Origin: Veleropilina oligotropha
Lineage: Eukaryota
Reading direction: 5' to 3'
Assembly (NCBI GenBank): GCA_048128005.1
Contig: JBEUKZ010000079.1
Span: 1-64,000 of the forward strand
Length of the DNA stretch: 64,000 bases
Position numbers and translations under genes: made by a program. This document shows, piece after piece, positions 27,397 to 41,700 of the stretch. The notes under the pieces were generated by a model that was not told the origin of the DNA, did no database searches, and worked only from the letters and a program-made list of their open reading frames with translations. The first letter of the stretch is position 1; every line of letters starts with the position of its first letter.

Positions 27397-28287
27397 ATGA
27401 TTATTACTTCTCCGACGCTCATCGCCTGCATTGTTGTCTTTTACATTATTGTATTCGTATCCGTTATCACTGGCAATGTTCTCACACTTGTGGCTATTTG
27501 GAAAACAACGAGGCTGAGAACTACAACGAATATTTTTGTGGCGAATTTGGCTGTGGCTGACTTGTTGGTGGGCATTGGCTTACCGTTTGCAACTGCCAAC
27601 CTTATACCGGCAGCAAACTATTTCTTAGAGGGGAAGTACTTTTGTTTAGCCATAACTACGTTATTTCACGTGTCTTTAAGTATGTCTATAAACTGTCTCT
27701 TCTTTATCGCATTGGAGCGTTATATATACATCATATACCCATTCCGTTACTATCGAATTATGACGACACGGGTCATAAGCGCGCTACTAGTTTTAACATG
27801 GATAATAACTATCCTGAAATATTCCTACAGTTTCTATTCGAATTATTGGATCCCTGAACAATTGTGCAACTTTGACAGTATCCTAACCGTCGAAGTGAAA
27901 GTTATGGAGTATGCGACCAGTATGATCTTATTCGGCGGCATGATTGTGTTTTACGGCTTCATAGTAAACACGGCCCGCAAACAGCGAAGGCGCATCAACA
28001 CCAACGCCAACCAGAGCAGCATACAAAGTTCGGATCTCAAGGTGGTGATGACCATGCTGTCTATACTTGGAGTCTTCGCCGTTTGCTGGACCCCATATCT
28101 AGCGGTGGCAAGCTTGGATTTATTTTCGAGTTTGAAATTCGACCCTGCAATACTTACATATACCAGTGTTCCACTCGTGACAAACTCGGGCATGAACTTC
28201 TTCATCTATGTCATGAAAGACAAACATTTCAAACGCGCCATAATGAAAATGATGTGCAAGAACATAGTTACTATGGATGAAGATTAA
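27397..28287 (+). CDS. Class A (rhodopsin-like) 7TM GPCR, orphan; 7TM core in one exon (a short upstream exon is possible)
   Basis: Uninterrupted ORF with seven hydrophobic segments: TM1 GNVL, TM2 NLAVADLLVG, TM3 Cys and IALERY, TM4 Trp, ECL2 Cys, TM6 CWTPY, TM7 NSGMNFFIY, helix 8 FKRAI. First ATG at 27397; TTTTCAG acceptor-like site ends at 27389. Confidence 0.9.
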   Translation: MIITSPTLIACIVVFYIIVFVSVITGNVLTLVAIWKTTRLRTTTNIFVANLAVADLLVGIGLPFATANLIPAANYFLEGKYFCLAITTLFHVSLSMSINCLFFIALERYIYIIYPFRYYRIMTTRVISALLVLTWIITILKYSYSFYSNYWIPEQLCNFDSILTVEVKVMEYATSMILFGGMIVFYGFIVNTARKQRRRINTNANQSSIQSSDLKVVMTMLSILGVFAVCWTPYLAVASLDLFSSLKFDPAILTYTSVPLVTNSGMNFFIYVMKDKHFKRAIMKMMCKNIVTMDED

Positions 28288-31200
28288 TTCGAACGCGAGT
28301 TTTCTTTGACCTATCATTGAATATTTAGTAATAATTCTCCAGGATCGTTTTGATAAGCACGTGTTGTTCGGATAAATACGCCGAAAGTAAGCTCGGTGAA
28401 AATACGTCGTAGCTAATCCGTGCTCTCTGTAGAATGCGCGCGAATAAAGCGCATTATTTCACTGTGAAATGCATTAAAACTGTGATTTTTAACTTTTGTT
28501 GTAAGAAATTCCCACCATGTCAAAACGTTTAAATAGTCATACATTAGTGACACTGACGCCTCTCGGCGACATCCACATAACGCCTCTCGCTGTATCTCGA
28601 AGCATTATGTCTGATATCGCTCGGGATGTCAGTGTATTATCTATTACACACACACTTCATCACACGTTGCACACCCATACTTATCGCGGAAGACATTCTT
28701 AATCAGGCGTTGCTATTGTTTGCAAATGGAAAATGGATTCAAATGCAAAGCAAGAGCTACAACCGAGTGATGCATAATGTGTTTCAAAAGGTACATTTGT
28801 AGTTTGCAATAGCGATACAATAAAACTATTTGCCTACTTTTGTATTATATGATTACTTTTATACTAATGCAATTTACTTCCCACATGCAAGCACGTGAAC
28901 GTTCATTCCCATATGGGTAAATACGTCAAATTGAACGCGCTGTCATAAAAATGATGTTATGGAGATGTGAGATGCGTTTGCGGCACGTTCACGTCATGTG
29001 ACGTTATGGAGAAGATGGGTTTGTGCGGCACTTTCACAAACAATAATGTTATGAGAAGGTGGGTGGATTTCTGAGACACGTTTACATAGAGTGATGCTAT
29101 GGGGTGTGAGCTGGGTTTACGAGATACGTTCACATAAATGACGATGTGGATATGCGAGGTGGGTTTGTCCAACTGGACGATTATCCGAATTCATACATTA
29201 TCAGATCATCGCTCGAATATTGCCACAATCTTCACAAGAACACACTATGTCAAATTATTGGAATATCTTTGAACGTTTTTGTATAAATAATGCTAATATG
29301 AAAGGCGTGATAATGACGTATTAAAGTGGTGCCCATTAACGTCAATAAACTCAATCAAGCGATGATTCCGCAGCAACCATCGCCTCAACGTATATTTACT
29401 AGAATATCAAAAGTAATTATATACAACCGCTATTACATTCGTAATAATGATTATTTAATGTTGAAATCATCACGAAATAACGATCGAAAAAATACTGGAA
29501 GCGGCGTTGGCGTATACATTACAGATATTCTAAATATAAATCAGACAAGATCTTAATATTTTATACAGTGCATAATTCTCCCGTGTTCACATATTAGAAA
29601 CCAGCGTAAGAGAATCGATAAAGACAACAAGACGTAATTAGGGCTTCAAGCTTTTTCAAGCTTGAAGCCCTATTGAAATTGTACTGGTTAGGGCTTCAAG
29701 CCTTTTCAAGCTTGAAGCCCTATTGAAATTGAAAGAATTATTATTATTATTATTATTAGGGCTCCAAAAATTTTTTTTTGGAGACCTATTGTTTTTATAT
29801 TTAGGGCTTCAAGCTTCAGGCTTGAAGACCTATTGTTATTGCTAAACCTTTTTTTTTTATTATTATTTGTCCGTATTTTGTTCCACCGAAATCTCAAAAA
29901 CTATAAAAGGCATGAACTTGAAACTTAGCATATATGTACCTACCGTATTGAAGTAGTGCTGGAAAATTTTTCAGTTTGGTGGCGCCACCGGTTTGGCGGC
30001 CATCTGGTTTTATGCAAATATTTAAAAAACGCCATTTTGCTAATAACTTTGTTAAGACTTCAGCTAGAGCAATGAACGTCAATATGTAAGTTAATAGGTA
30101 TATACTGGTCATCCCTGTGAAGCCAAGTCATAACTTTTGCAATTAGGTCAGCCGCCATCTTGGAATTTGCGTTTGCGCCCATTGCTAAAAAAGTCTCTGT
30201 AGAATTTTTCTGAAACTTGGAAGAATGCTTTGCCTATCATCTACTTAAAAAAATGATTAAAATATGAGAAATGTGAAATTTAGAAGCATTTTAAAAATTT
30301 GACAAATCAATATGCAACAACGGGCCATAAATCGGTAACCACTGACACCAGACAGCTCAAAGTGTAACAAGTGACAGAGAGGGACAGTATTAACAACTCT
30401 GTAGATTTACATTCAGTGTTAGAGAGAATTTATAGCAATAATTTTTGCTCCGAAGTTAAAATAATTGATTCGTTGCGATATCTCTTATAAATCTTTTTTT
30501 ACATAACATAGAGTCACTTAATTTACGTTGATAAGGAAGAAGAAAGAAATCTATAATACCCGAAAATTTCATGCAAATCCGTTCAGTAATTATTGATTTA
30601 TCGCAAGTTAAGTTTGACAACTTCGGCGATGTTTTGCTGAAATTGACAAATTCGGAAAATGTCGCCACTTAATTATAAGTATGATAAATCAACGAGCTAT
30701 TCTGCAGTCCTTCTTATGGTCGAGTGGCAGAGTGCTCACGAACGACTAATGGACTAGCAACCAAACCAATATATAAGGGTTCAAATCCTGTGAAGAATTA
30801 CAAAATAATTTTTCTAAATTTATTTTATTTCTTCGGATTGCACATGTAACTTCAGATATTTTTATGATACCAAATGCGTACTTGTTAGAGCTCATTTGGT
30901 TTTAAAAAATGTATCTAACATCCTCGTTTTGAGGAATTAACTGACGGCATTACTGAAATTGTTTAAAGTGGCTAAATCTTTTAAATGGTTTATCTTACTC
31001 ATATAGTTACTATTGAGCACCTATGGGAAGTCATGGGTGACTTTTCAAATATGACCTTGACCTTTGACCTCAGATGAACTACTTAGCTGCAATTGACCTA
31101 ATTTTGAAATTTGACATGAAATAATGTGCAGTTGACAATTTGAAGACATTTGATAACATATTTCCAATTTTGAGAAACAGGAAGTGACTAAAACGCCATT

Positions 31201-31359
31201 ATTGAAATTGTTTAAAATCGTTATATCTTGCAATCGGTACATCTTAGACATATTGTTACTATTGGGCACCAATGGGAAATCAAGGATGAACTTTCAAATG
31301 TGACATTGACCTTTGACCTCAGTTGACCTAGATCCTTGATATTGAAGATAGGAAGTTAA

Positions 31360-32610
31360 AATTCGATGTGTAGGTATATGTCATGTGCAAAAGGTGGATG
31401 TAAGAATCTCAACTAGATGGCGCCACCGATTTGTCGGCCATCTTGAATTTTCAAGATTTTGAAGATGGAAAGTTCAAATTTGGTTTTTAGGTATATATGG
31501 TGTATAACAGAAACCTGAAAACATTACAGCTGTTTAGCACTTCCGGTGTGGCGGCCATCTTGGATTTCCAAGATATGATAGATAGAAGGTTAAAATTTGA
31601 TTTGTAGGTAGATGTGGTGTTAAATAGATACCAGTTAACATTTCAGCTGTGTGACGTCACTGGTTTATCGGCCATCTTGAATTTCCAAGATTTTGAAGAT
31701 AGAAAGTTCAAATTTGGTTAATAGGTGCCTATGGTGTTTAATAGAAGATTGAAAACATTACGGCTGTTTAGCACTTCCGGTGTGGCGGCCATCTTGGATT
31801 TCCAAGATATTATAGATAGAAGGTTAAAATTTGATTTGTAGGTAGATGCCTGTAAACATTTCAAATGTGTGACGTCACTGGTTTGTCGGCCATCTTGAAT
31901 TTCCAAGATTTTGAAGATAGAAAGTTCAAATTTGGTTAATAGGTGGCTATGGTGTTTAATAGAAGATTGAAAACATTACAGCTGTTTAGCACTTCCGGTG
32001 TGGCGGCCATCTTGGATTTCCAAGATATTATAGATAGAAGGTTAAAATTTGATTTGTAGGTAGATGTGGTGTTAAATAGATGCCTGTTAACATTTCAGCT
32101 GTTTGACGCCACTGGTTTGTCGGCCATCTTGAATTTCCAAGATTTTAAAGATAGAAAGTTCAAATTTGGTTAATAGGTGCCTATGGTGTTTAATATAAGA
32201 TGGAAAACATTACAGCTGTTTAGCACTTCCGGTGTGGCGGCCATTTTGGGTTTCCAAGATATTATAGATAGAAGGCTAAAATTTGATTTGTAGGTATATT
32301 TGGAGTTAGATAGATGCCTGTAAACATTTCACATATGTGACGTCACTGGTATGGTAGCCATCTTGAATTTCCAAGATTTTGAAGATGGAAAGTTCAAATT
32401 TGGATTTTAGGTACATATGGTGTTTAATAGAAGCCTGAAAACATTACAGCTGTTTAGCGCTTCAGGTCTGGCGGCCATCTTGGATTTCCAAGATTTTATA
32501 GATAGAAGGTTAAAATTTGATTTGTAGGTAGATTTGGTGTTAAATAGATGCCTGTAAACAATTCAGATGTGTGACGTCACACATATGGTGGCCATCTTGG
32601 ATTTACAGGA
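31360..32610. repeat. Internal satellite of alternating ~118-bp monomers (~235-bp dimer) within a HINE
   Basis: GGCCATCTTG(G/A)ATTTCCAAGAT recurs about 10 times, alternating two variants. Confidence 0.9.
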
Positions 32611-33745
32611 TATAATTTGAACTGGATTGTTTAGCTCATTAACAAAGGCTTTAGCTTGGAGCTCTATAAGCTGATTTAATTAGGGCTTCAAGCTTCAGGC
32701 TTGAAGATCTATTGTTATTGCTAAACCTTTTTTTATTATTTGTCCGAATTTTGTACCACCGAAATCTCAAAAACTATAAAAGGCATGAACTTGAAACTTA
32801 GCATATATGTACCTACTGTATTGAAGTAGTGCTGGAAAATTTTTCAGTTTGGTGGCGCCACCGGTTTGGCGGCCATCTGGTTTTATGCAAATATTTAAAA
32901 AACGCCATTTTGCTAATAACTTTGTTAAGACTTCAGCTAGAGCAATGAACTTCAATATGTAAGTTAATAGGTATATACTGGTCATCCATGTGAAGCCAAG
33001 TCATAACTTTTGCAATTAGGTCAGCCGCCATCTTGGAATTTGCGTTTGCGCCCATTGCTAAAAAAGTCTCTGAAGAATTTTTCTGAAACTTGGAGGAATG
33101 CTTTGCCTATCATCTACTTAAAGTCTGTTAATAGATGGATTCTGAAAAATAGTTTTAAGTGCCTCGTTTTGAGATATTCCCGATAATGGCGGCCTTTAAC
33201 AATGAATTTGGTAAAAACCTATTTTCGTCAAATCGAACAAAATTCACTTTTTTTTCTTGTAAATATGCACCATTGATGTTATTAAGTAAATACGAGTAAA
33301 AAAAATGATTAAAATATTCGAAATGTGAAGTTTGCAACAATTCAAAATGATTACATTTGAAATCCTCTCTCAGGGGCACTAACTCCAATAATACATGAAG
33401 CACATCACTCAAATTTGGCACACTAATAGAGCAGGTCAATATGAACAACTTTATCGCTGATATGTATGGTGTTCCAGCAACTTCATAGCGTTGTTTTTCC
33501 ATCCAAAGTTTGTAAAGTCGCCTCTTTGCGACATTCTTAATATCTCTTTAACCAAGTTATCGAACTATTCGAAATTTCCACCATCAAGTAAGATGCCAAT
33601 ACACTACATATACTGAAAATTTGAAGAAATTATGATACGTATTTCCAAAGTTGGAGCGAGTTAAACAATGCGCATCATCGCGAAGTGCCCGGTTGAAATT
33701 ATGGTAGTGAAAGCATATGTAGTTATTTTGAGGTCAACTTAATGA

Positions 33746-33815
33746 GCTCACTCGTGGCGCAGTGGTAGCGTTCTAGACTCCCAATTGGGAGGACCCGGGT
33801 TCGAATCACGATATG
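33746..33815 (+). pseudogene. tRNA-derived sequence (Gly-CCC-like), copy 1; not a functional tRNA
   Basis: A-box TGGCGCAGTGG, loop CTCCCAA, B-box GGTTCGAATC; the acceptor stem does not pair. Confidence 0.6.
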
Positions 33816-33906
33816 TCAAAAATATATATTTGTGATTTTATGCATTTTTACAAATGTTTATGTGTAGCATGTCACTAGATGGTGTTATTTTTAGGTCAAT
33901 TTAATG

Positions 33907-33977
33907 AGCTCACTCGTAGAGCAATGGTATCGTTCTAGACTCCCAATGTGAGAGGACCTGGGTTCGAATCTCGATAT
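33907..33977 (+). pseudogene. tRNA-derived sequence, more diverged tandem copy 2
   Basis: Duplicate of 33746-33815 including flanks, offset about 160 bp. Confidence 0.55.
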
Positions 33978-35271
33978 GGCAAAAATATATTTTGTGATTT
34001 TTAAATGGCAATATCTCTAAAACTGTTGCAGCTAGAGTAACGATATTTCATATTTAGGTGCATATGCCGATGCCCTTGCTATAGAAACCAATCTTGGCCA
34101 GATCGGTTAATTAGGTCATCCGACATCTTTGATTGAATTTTCAAAATTCTTTAACAGCTAATATCTTCAATAATATTGTAGCTAGAGACATGGTTACTAT
34201 GGGAAGTCATGGGTGGGTATTCCAAATCCACTTTGACCTTTGACCTCAGGTGACCTATTTAAGGAAAAATGCCTATTTGGACGATATAAAATGGTCATAA
34301 AGGGGATAACTAGGTTAAGACTGGTCCTAGAGCTTAGATATTTTAAATTAGGTCAAATATTTTTTTGGAAAAAAACAAAATGGCCGCCGCATTAATATTC
34401 AAATGGCCTTATCTCGAGAACTAAGCGGTGTAGAAATTTGAAATTTGCGGCATTCGATTCAGAGTGGCCATATGTTCATCATGAAATAATAAAATAAAAA
34501 AATTATTATTTTTTTTTTTTTAAATTTAATTTTCTTTAAAAAATTTAATTTAATTTTTTTTTATTATATACATATAACGACTCTGAATCGCATGCCGCAA
34601 ATTTCAGGCTACTACCCAGCGTAGTTCTCGAGATATCTCCATATCTCTGATGAATTTTTCTGAAAATTGGAAGAATGCTTCATCTATCAACTACTTAAAA
34701 CTGTAAAAAGATGGGTTCTTAAAATTGTTTTAAGCGCCTCGTTTTGAGATATAAATGATTTGGGCGGCCATTTTGAATTCATTAAATGGATATACCTCTA
34801 AAACTGTTACAGCTACAGTAATGCTATTTAATGTGAAGGTATTTTGGACTGATTCATTAAACTTCACCCTTTTTAATACAGATTTCAGATATCCAAGTCC
34901 TGGATGGCATCACTGATCATAAACAAATCCGTAATCAATCAGGATAGACCTAGAATTGCCAGGGTGGCCATTACATGATTTGTTTACACAAGCAATATCT
35001 CGCAAATTATGCACTGTAGACACTAGTTACCATAGGGAGCCTATATGAGGTCATGGGCAATCTTTCAAATGTGACCTTGACCTTTGACTTCCGATGACCT
35101 TTTGACCTATATATGACGTATATGTTAAATATTGACCTTGCAGGCGAGTTTTTCACATCAGTGGTATAGGTAAAGCACATTGGACATGAATGTCAAGTAT
35201 GGGGTTCGATTGCAACTACTGCAGCCACCACGGTTCCGACTTGAAGCCCTCACAGCTGCTTGCAGCTTTAA

Positions 35272-35650
35272 TTAGGGCTCCAAAATTTTTTTTTGGAGAC
35301 CTATTGTTTTTATATTTCTTTTTATTAGGGCTCCAAAAATTTTTTTTTGGAGACCTATTGTTTTTATATTTATTTTTATTAGGGCTCCAAAAAATTTTTT
35401 TTGGAGACCTATTGTTTTTATACTTATTTTTATTAGGGCTCCAAAATTTTTTTTTTGGAGACCTATTGTTTTTATACTTATTTTTATTCTTATTATTAGG
35501 GCTCCAAAATTTTTTTTTTGGAGACCTATTGTTTTTATACTTATTTTTATTAGGGCTCCAAAAATTTTTTTTTGGAGACCTATTGTTTTTATATTTATTT
35601 TTATTCTTATTATTAGGGCTCCAAAAAAAATTTTTTGGAGACCTATTGTT
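35272..35650 (+). repeat. Stack of seven HINE 5' heads (~54-63 bp each)
   Basis: TTAGGGCTCCAAAA..TTTTTGGAGACCTATTGTTTTTATA repeated seven times. Confidence 0.9.
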
Positions 35651-35675
35651 TTTATATTTATTTTTATTATTATTC

Positions 35676-35713
<38 letters not shown>

Positions 35714-38700
35714 AAGTTGTGTCAGTCCTAGCGCCTAAACTGCTATAGCTGCATAGTTGTAAGTTGCCATATAGTTACTACTATAGCTGAATTGATGCAT
35801 ACAACTTTTTGAGTCACATGACCGCGTCGGTTTGTCGGCCATCTTGGATTACGTCATAAACTAGCTTCTTTGATAACTTTGTTAATATTTAACCTAGCGG
35901 GACATGATTAGTATATTCGGATGCCAGAGTCGCTTGTCAAAAATGTCATGAGAGTGGATTTTTGAATTTTTAATTTAACCGGCGGCCATAGTGAAATCAA
36001 TTTAAAATGGCTATATCTTGGAAATGATGCAACGTAGACCCATGGTTACTATGGGGAGCCTATGGGAAGTCATGGGTGGGCTTTCGAAAATGACCTTGAC
36101 CTTTGACCTCAGGTGACCTACATTGCAGGAAATGACCTAATGAAGGAAAAATGCATACATGTGTGCCCATAGTGGTTGAAGTGAACTACTATTGATGTCT
36201 GTAGTCGACATTTATCAAATTTACGTGATAAAATCTAAAAACAGGAAGTGCCTCGGCGGCCATTAAAGCATTTGTTTCAAGTGGCAATATATCAAAAAGG
36301 ATGCACCGCAGACACATAGTTACTATGGGGAGCCTATGGGAAGTCATGGTTCATCTTTCACATGTGACCTTGACCTTTGACCTCAGTTGACCTACATTGC
36401 AGTAAATGACCTAATTAAGGAAAACGCCCTATTTTTGCCAGAAAATGGTCACGAAATGGCCAACTCGGTTAATATTGATGCTAGAGCTTAGATATTTTGA
36501 ATGGAAATAAAAAAAAAATTCGATCTAAAAACTTTCATTTTTTTTTAAAAATTTAAAAAAATGTAAAAAAATTCTAAAAAATTAGAATATCTAGGAATAT
36601 AACTTGGAGCCCTATACAGCTGCTAGCAGCTTTAATTCTTATTATTATTATTATTCATCAGAAGTTGTGTCAAGCCTAGCCCCTAAACTGCTATAGCTGC
36701 ATAGTTGTAAGTTGCCATATAGTTACTACTATAGCTGAATTGATGCATACAACTTTTTGAGTCACATGACCGCGTCGGTTTGTCGGCCATCTTGGATTAC
36801 GTCATAAACTAGCTTCTTTTATAACTTTCTTAATATTTAACCTAGAGCGACATGATTAGTATATTCGGATGCCAGAGTCGTTTGTCAAAAATGTCATGAG
36901 AGTGGATTTTTGAATTTTTAATTTAACCGGCGGCCATAGTGAAATCAATTTAAAATGGCTATAGCTTGGAAATGATGCAACGTAGACCCATGGTTACTAT
37001 GGGGAGCCTATGGGAAGTCATGGGTGGGCTTTCGAAAATGACCTTGACCTTTGACCTCAGGTGACCTATATTGCAGGAAATGACCTAATTAAGGAAAAAT
37101 GCATACATGTGTGCCCATAGTGGTTGAAGTGAACTACTATTGATGTCTGTAGTCGACATTTATCAAATTTGCGTGATAAAATCGAAAAACAGGAAGTGCC
37201 TCGGCGGCCATTAAAGCATTTGTTGCAAGTGGCAATATATCAAAACGGATACACCGCAGACACATAGTTACTATGGGGAGCCTATGGGAAGTCATGGTTC
37301 ATCTTTCACATGTGACCTTGACCTTTGACCTCAGTTGACCTACATTGCAGTAAATGACCTAATTAAGAAAAACGCCCTATTTTTGCCAGAAAATGGTCAA
37401 GAAATGGCCAACTCGGTTAATATTGATGCTAGAGCTTAGATATTTTGAATGGAAATAATAAAAAAATTCTAAAAACTTTCAATTTTTTTTTTAAATTTTT
37501 TTTTTTTTTTTTTAAATTCAATTTTTTTTAGAATATCCAGGAATATAACTTGGAGCCCTATACAGCTGCTAGCAGCTTTAATTAGGGCTCCAAGCATTGC
37601 TTGGAGACCTATTGTTTTTATCCTGATTTTTATTCTTATTATTATTATTATTCTTCTTCTTATTCTCCAAAAGTTGTGGCCGCCCTAGCGCCAAAACGGC
37701 TATAGCTGCATAGTTGTAAGTTACCATATAGTTACTACTATAGCTGAATTGATGCCCACAACTTTTTGAGTCACATGACCGCGTCGGTTTGTCGGCCATC
37801 TTGGATTACGTCATAAACTAGCTTCTTTTATAACTTTGTTAATATTTAACCTAGAGCGACATGATTTATATATTCGGATGTCAAAGTCGCTTGTCTAAAA
37901 TCTTATCAAAGCGGATTTTTGAATTTTTAATTTAACCGGCGGCCATAGTGAAATCAATTTAAAATGGCTATATCTTGGAAATGATGCAACGTAGACCCAT
38001 GGTTACTATGGGGAGCCTATGGGAAGTCATGGGTGGGCTTTCGAAAATGACCTTGACCTTTGACCTCAGTTGACCTACATTGCAGGAAATGACCTAATTA
38101 AGGAAAAATGCATACATGTGTGCCCATAGTGGTTGAAGTGAACTACTATTGATGTCTGTAGTCGACATTTATCAAATTTACGTGATAAAATCGAAAAACA
38201 GGAAGTGCCTCGGCGGCCATTAAAGCATTTGTTTCAAGTGGCAATATATCAAAAAGGATGCACCGCAGACACATAGTTACTATGGGGAGCCTATGGGAAG
38301 TCATGGTTCATCTTTCACATGTGACCTTGACCTTTGACCTCAGTTGACCTACATTGCAGTAAATGACCTAATTAAGAAAAACGCCCTATTTTTGCCAGAA
38401 AATGGTCACGAAATGGCCAACTCGGTTAATATTGATGCTAGAGCTTAGATATTTTGAATGGAAATAATAATAAAAATCGATCTAAAAAAAACAAAATGGC
38501 CGCCATATTTCCTTGAAAGGCCATACCTCGAGAACGACGTGTCGTACAGACCTGAAATTTACGGCAATCCATTCAGAGTGACCTATATATATATATATAT
38601 ATATCTATTAATATCATTTTATTCGAAAAAAATTTACGAAAAACTTTCAATTTTTTTTATAAAATTTAAAAAAAAAATTAAAAATTCTAAAATTTTTAGA

Positions 38701-41700
38701 ATATCCAGGAATATAACTTGGAGCCCTATACAGCTGCTAGCAGCTTTAATTATTATTATTATTATAGTTCGGAAGTTGTGTCAATCCTAGCGCCTAAACT
38801 GCTATAGCTGCATAGTTGTAAGTTGCCATATAGTTACTACTATAGCTGAATTGATGCATTCAACTTTTTGAGTCACATGACCGCGTCGGTTTGTCGGCCA
38901 TCTTGGATTACGTCATAAACTAGACTCTTTTATAACTTTCTTAATATTTAACCTAGAGCGACATGATTTATATATTCGGATGCCCAAGTCGCTTGTCTAA
39001 AATCTTATCAAAGCGGATTTTTGAATTTTTAATTTAACCGGCGGCCATACTGAAATCAATTTAAAATGGCTATACCTTGGAAATGATGCAACATAGACCC
39101 ATGGTTACTATGGGGAGCCTATGGGAAGTCATGGGTGGGCTTTCGAAAATGACCTTGACCTTTGACCTCAGGTGACCTACATTGCAGGAAATGACCTAAT
39201 TAAGGAAAAATGCATACATGTGTGCCCATAGTGGTTGAAGTGAACTACTATTGATGTCTGTAGTCGACATTTATCAAATTTACGTGATAAAATCGAAAAA
39301 CAGGAAGTGCCTCGGCGGCCATTAAAGCATTTGTTTCAAGTGGCAATATATCAAAAAGGATGCACCGCAGACACATAGTTACTATGGGGAGCCTATGGGA
39401 AGTCATGGTTCATCTTTCACATGTGACCTTGACCTTTGACCTCAGTTGACCTACATTGCAGTAAATGACCTAATTAAGGAAAACGCCCTATTTTTGCCAG
39501 AAAATGGTCACGAAATGGCCAACTCGGTTAATATTGATGCTAGAGCTTAGATATTTTGAATGGAAATAATAAAATTTACGAAAAACTTTCAATTTTTTTT
39601 AAAAATTAAATTTTTTTTTTTTTAAATTCTAAAATTTTTAGAATATCCAGGAATATAACTTGGAGCCCTATACAGCTGCTAGCAGCTTTAATTATTATTA
39701 TTATTATTATTATTATTCTGACGTTTTTTGTAAAGACTTTAGCGCAAAAACGGCTATAGCTGCATAGTTGTAAGTTGCCATATAGTTAGTACTATAGCTG
39801 AATTGATGTATACAACTTTTTGAGTCACATGACCGCGCCGGTTTGTCGGCCATCTTGGATTACGTCATAAACTAGCTTCTTTTATAACTTTGTTAATATT
39901 TAACCTAGCGGGACATGATTAGTATATTCGGATGCCAGAGTCGCTTGTCAAAAATGTCATGAGAGTGGATTTTTGAATTTTTAATTTAACCGGCGGCCAT
40001 AGTGAAATCAATTTAAAATGGCTATAGCTTGGAAATGATGCAACGTAGACCCATGGTTACTATGGGGAGCCTATGGGAAGTCATGGGTGGGCTTTCGAAA
40101 ATGACCTTGACCTTTGACCTCAGGTGACCTACATTGCAGGAAATGACCTAATTAAGGAAAAATGCATACATGTGTGCCCATAGTGGTTGAAGTGAACTAC
40201 TATTGATGTATGTAGTTGACATTTATCAAATTTACGTGATAAAATCGAAAAACAGGAAGTGCCTCGGCGGCCATTAAAGCATTTGTTTCAAGTGGCAATA
40301 TATCAAAAAGGATGCTCCGCAGACACATAGTTACTATGGGAAGCCTATGGGAAGTCATGGTTCATCGTTCACATGTGACCTTGACCTTTGACCTCAGTTG
40401 ACCTACATTGCAGTATATGACCTAATTAAGGAAAACGCCCTATTTTTTCCAGAAAATGGTCACGAAATGGCCAACTCGGTTAATATTGATGCTAGAGCTT
40501 AGATATTTTGAATGGAAATAATAAAAAAATTCGATCTAAAAACTTTCAATTTTTTTTAAAAATTTTTAAAAACATTTGAAAAAATCCTAAAATTTTTAGA
40601 ATATCCAGGAATATAACTTGGAGCCCTATACAGCTGCTAGCAGCTTTTATTAGACTTAGTTTTTTTAGATGAATATTGCTTCATAGCGCCTCTAAAAATC
40701 GTCCTTTTTCTTCCAGATTTTCGCATAAAATATACTATATAAAGATCGTTATATTAGAGAATTGTGACAAGAATACAATAAGTACTTTCATTGTTTAAAA
40801 AATACTATTTTAATTCCTCGTCTCATGTCGGCGCGACCAGCTCAGTGCTAATTGCCTTACCAGATGAAGTAGGCAGTTTATGAGCCTGCCTCTTTGAGGT
40901 GTCATAAAGCCGCGCAGCAACCCTGTCCAGTGGACAGCAAGGCCCTTCAGAAGTTCTGCTATCAGGCTTAAGTAAACATTTAGCCAACAGAAGGCTACAT
41001 GATTCATTAACTGTTAATATATGGTGAAAACATTGATATTCTGTTGGTCAGTCCAGTTGCGCATTCATTATTATAGATACTTCTTAATTTCCATCATAGG
41101 TTAATGCACAAGATAATAGATTTAAAAACTACTATACGGCGTAGAAATCTAAGATTGGCGGCATTCGATTCAGAGTGGCCATATGTATATCTTAAAATAT
41201 AAAAAAAAAATTTTTGCATTTAGTATTTTTTGTAATTTTTTTTTTTTTAAATTAAACTTTTTTATTTTTTTGTATTTTACGTCTTTTTTTTATTTCGTTT
41301 ATCTGATTGAAGCCCTCACAGCTGCTCGCAGCTTTAATTAGGGCTTCAAGCCTTTTCAAGCTTGAAGCCCTATTGAAATTGAAAGAATTATTATTATTAT
41401 TATTATTATTATTCTGACGTTTTTTGTAAACACTTTAGCGCAAAAACGGCTATAGCTGCATAGTTGTAAGTTGCCATATAGTTAGTACTATAGCTGAATT
41501 GATGCATACAACTTTTTGAGTCACATGACCGCGCCGGTTTGTCGGCCATCTTGGATTACGTCATAAACTAGCTTCTTGTATAACTTTGTTAATATTTAAC
41601 CTAGCGGGACATGATTAGTATATTCGGATGCCAGAGTCGCTTGTCAAAAATGTCATGAGAGTGGATTTTTGAATTTTTAATTTAACCGGCGGCCATAGTG

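Noticed and set aside
33746..33977. Functional tRNA-Gly genes
   Set aside because: A and B boxes are present but the acceptor stem does not pair; embedded in a repeat element
35272..35650. Palindromic repeats with short spacers resembling CRISPR; also the 182-aa Phe/Leu-rich ORF 35190-35738
   Set aside because: The spacers are near-identical AT tracts, the repeat is the HINE 5' head, and the ORF is a translation of the repeat
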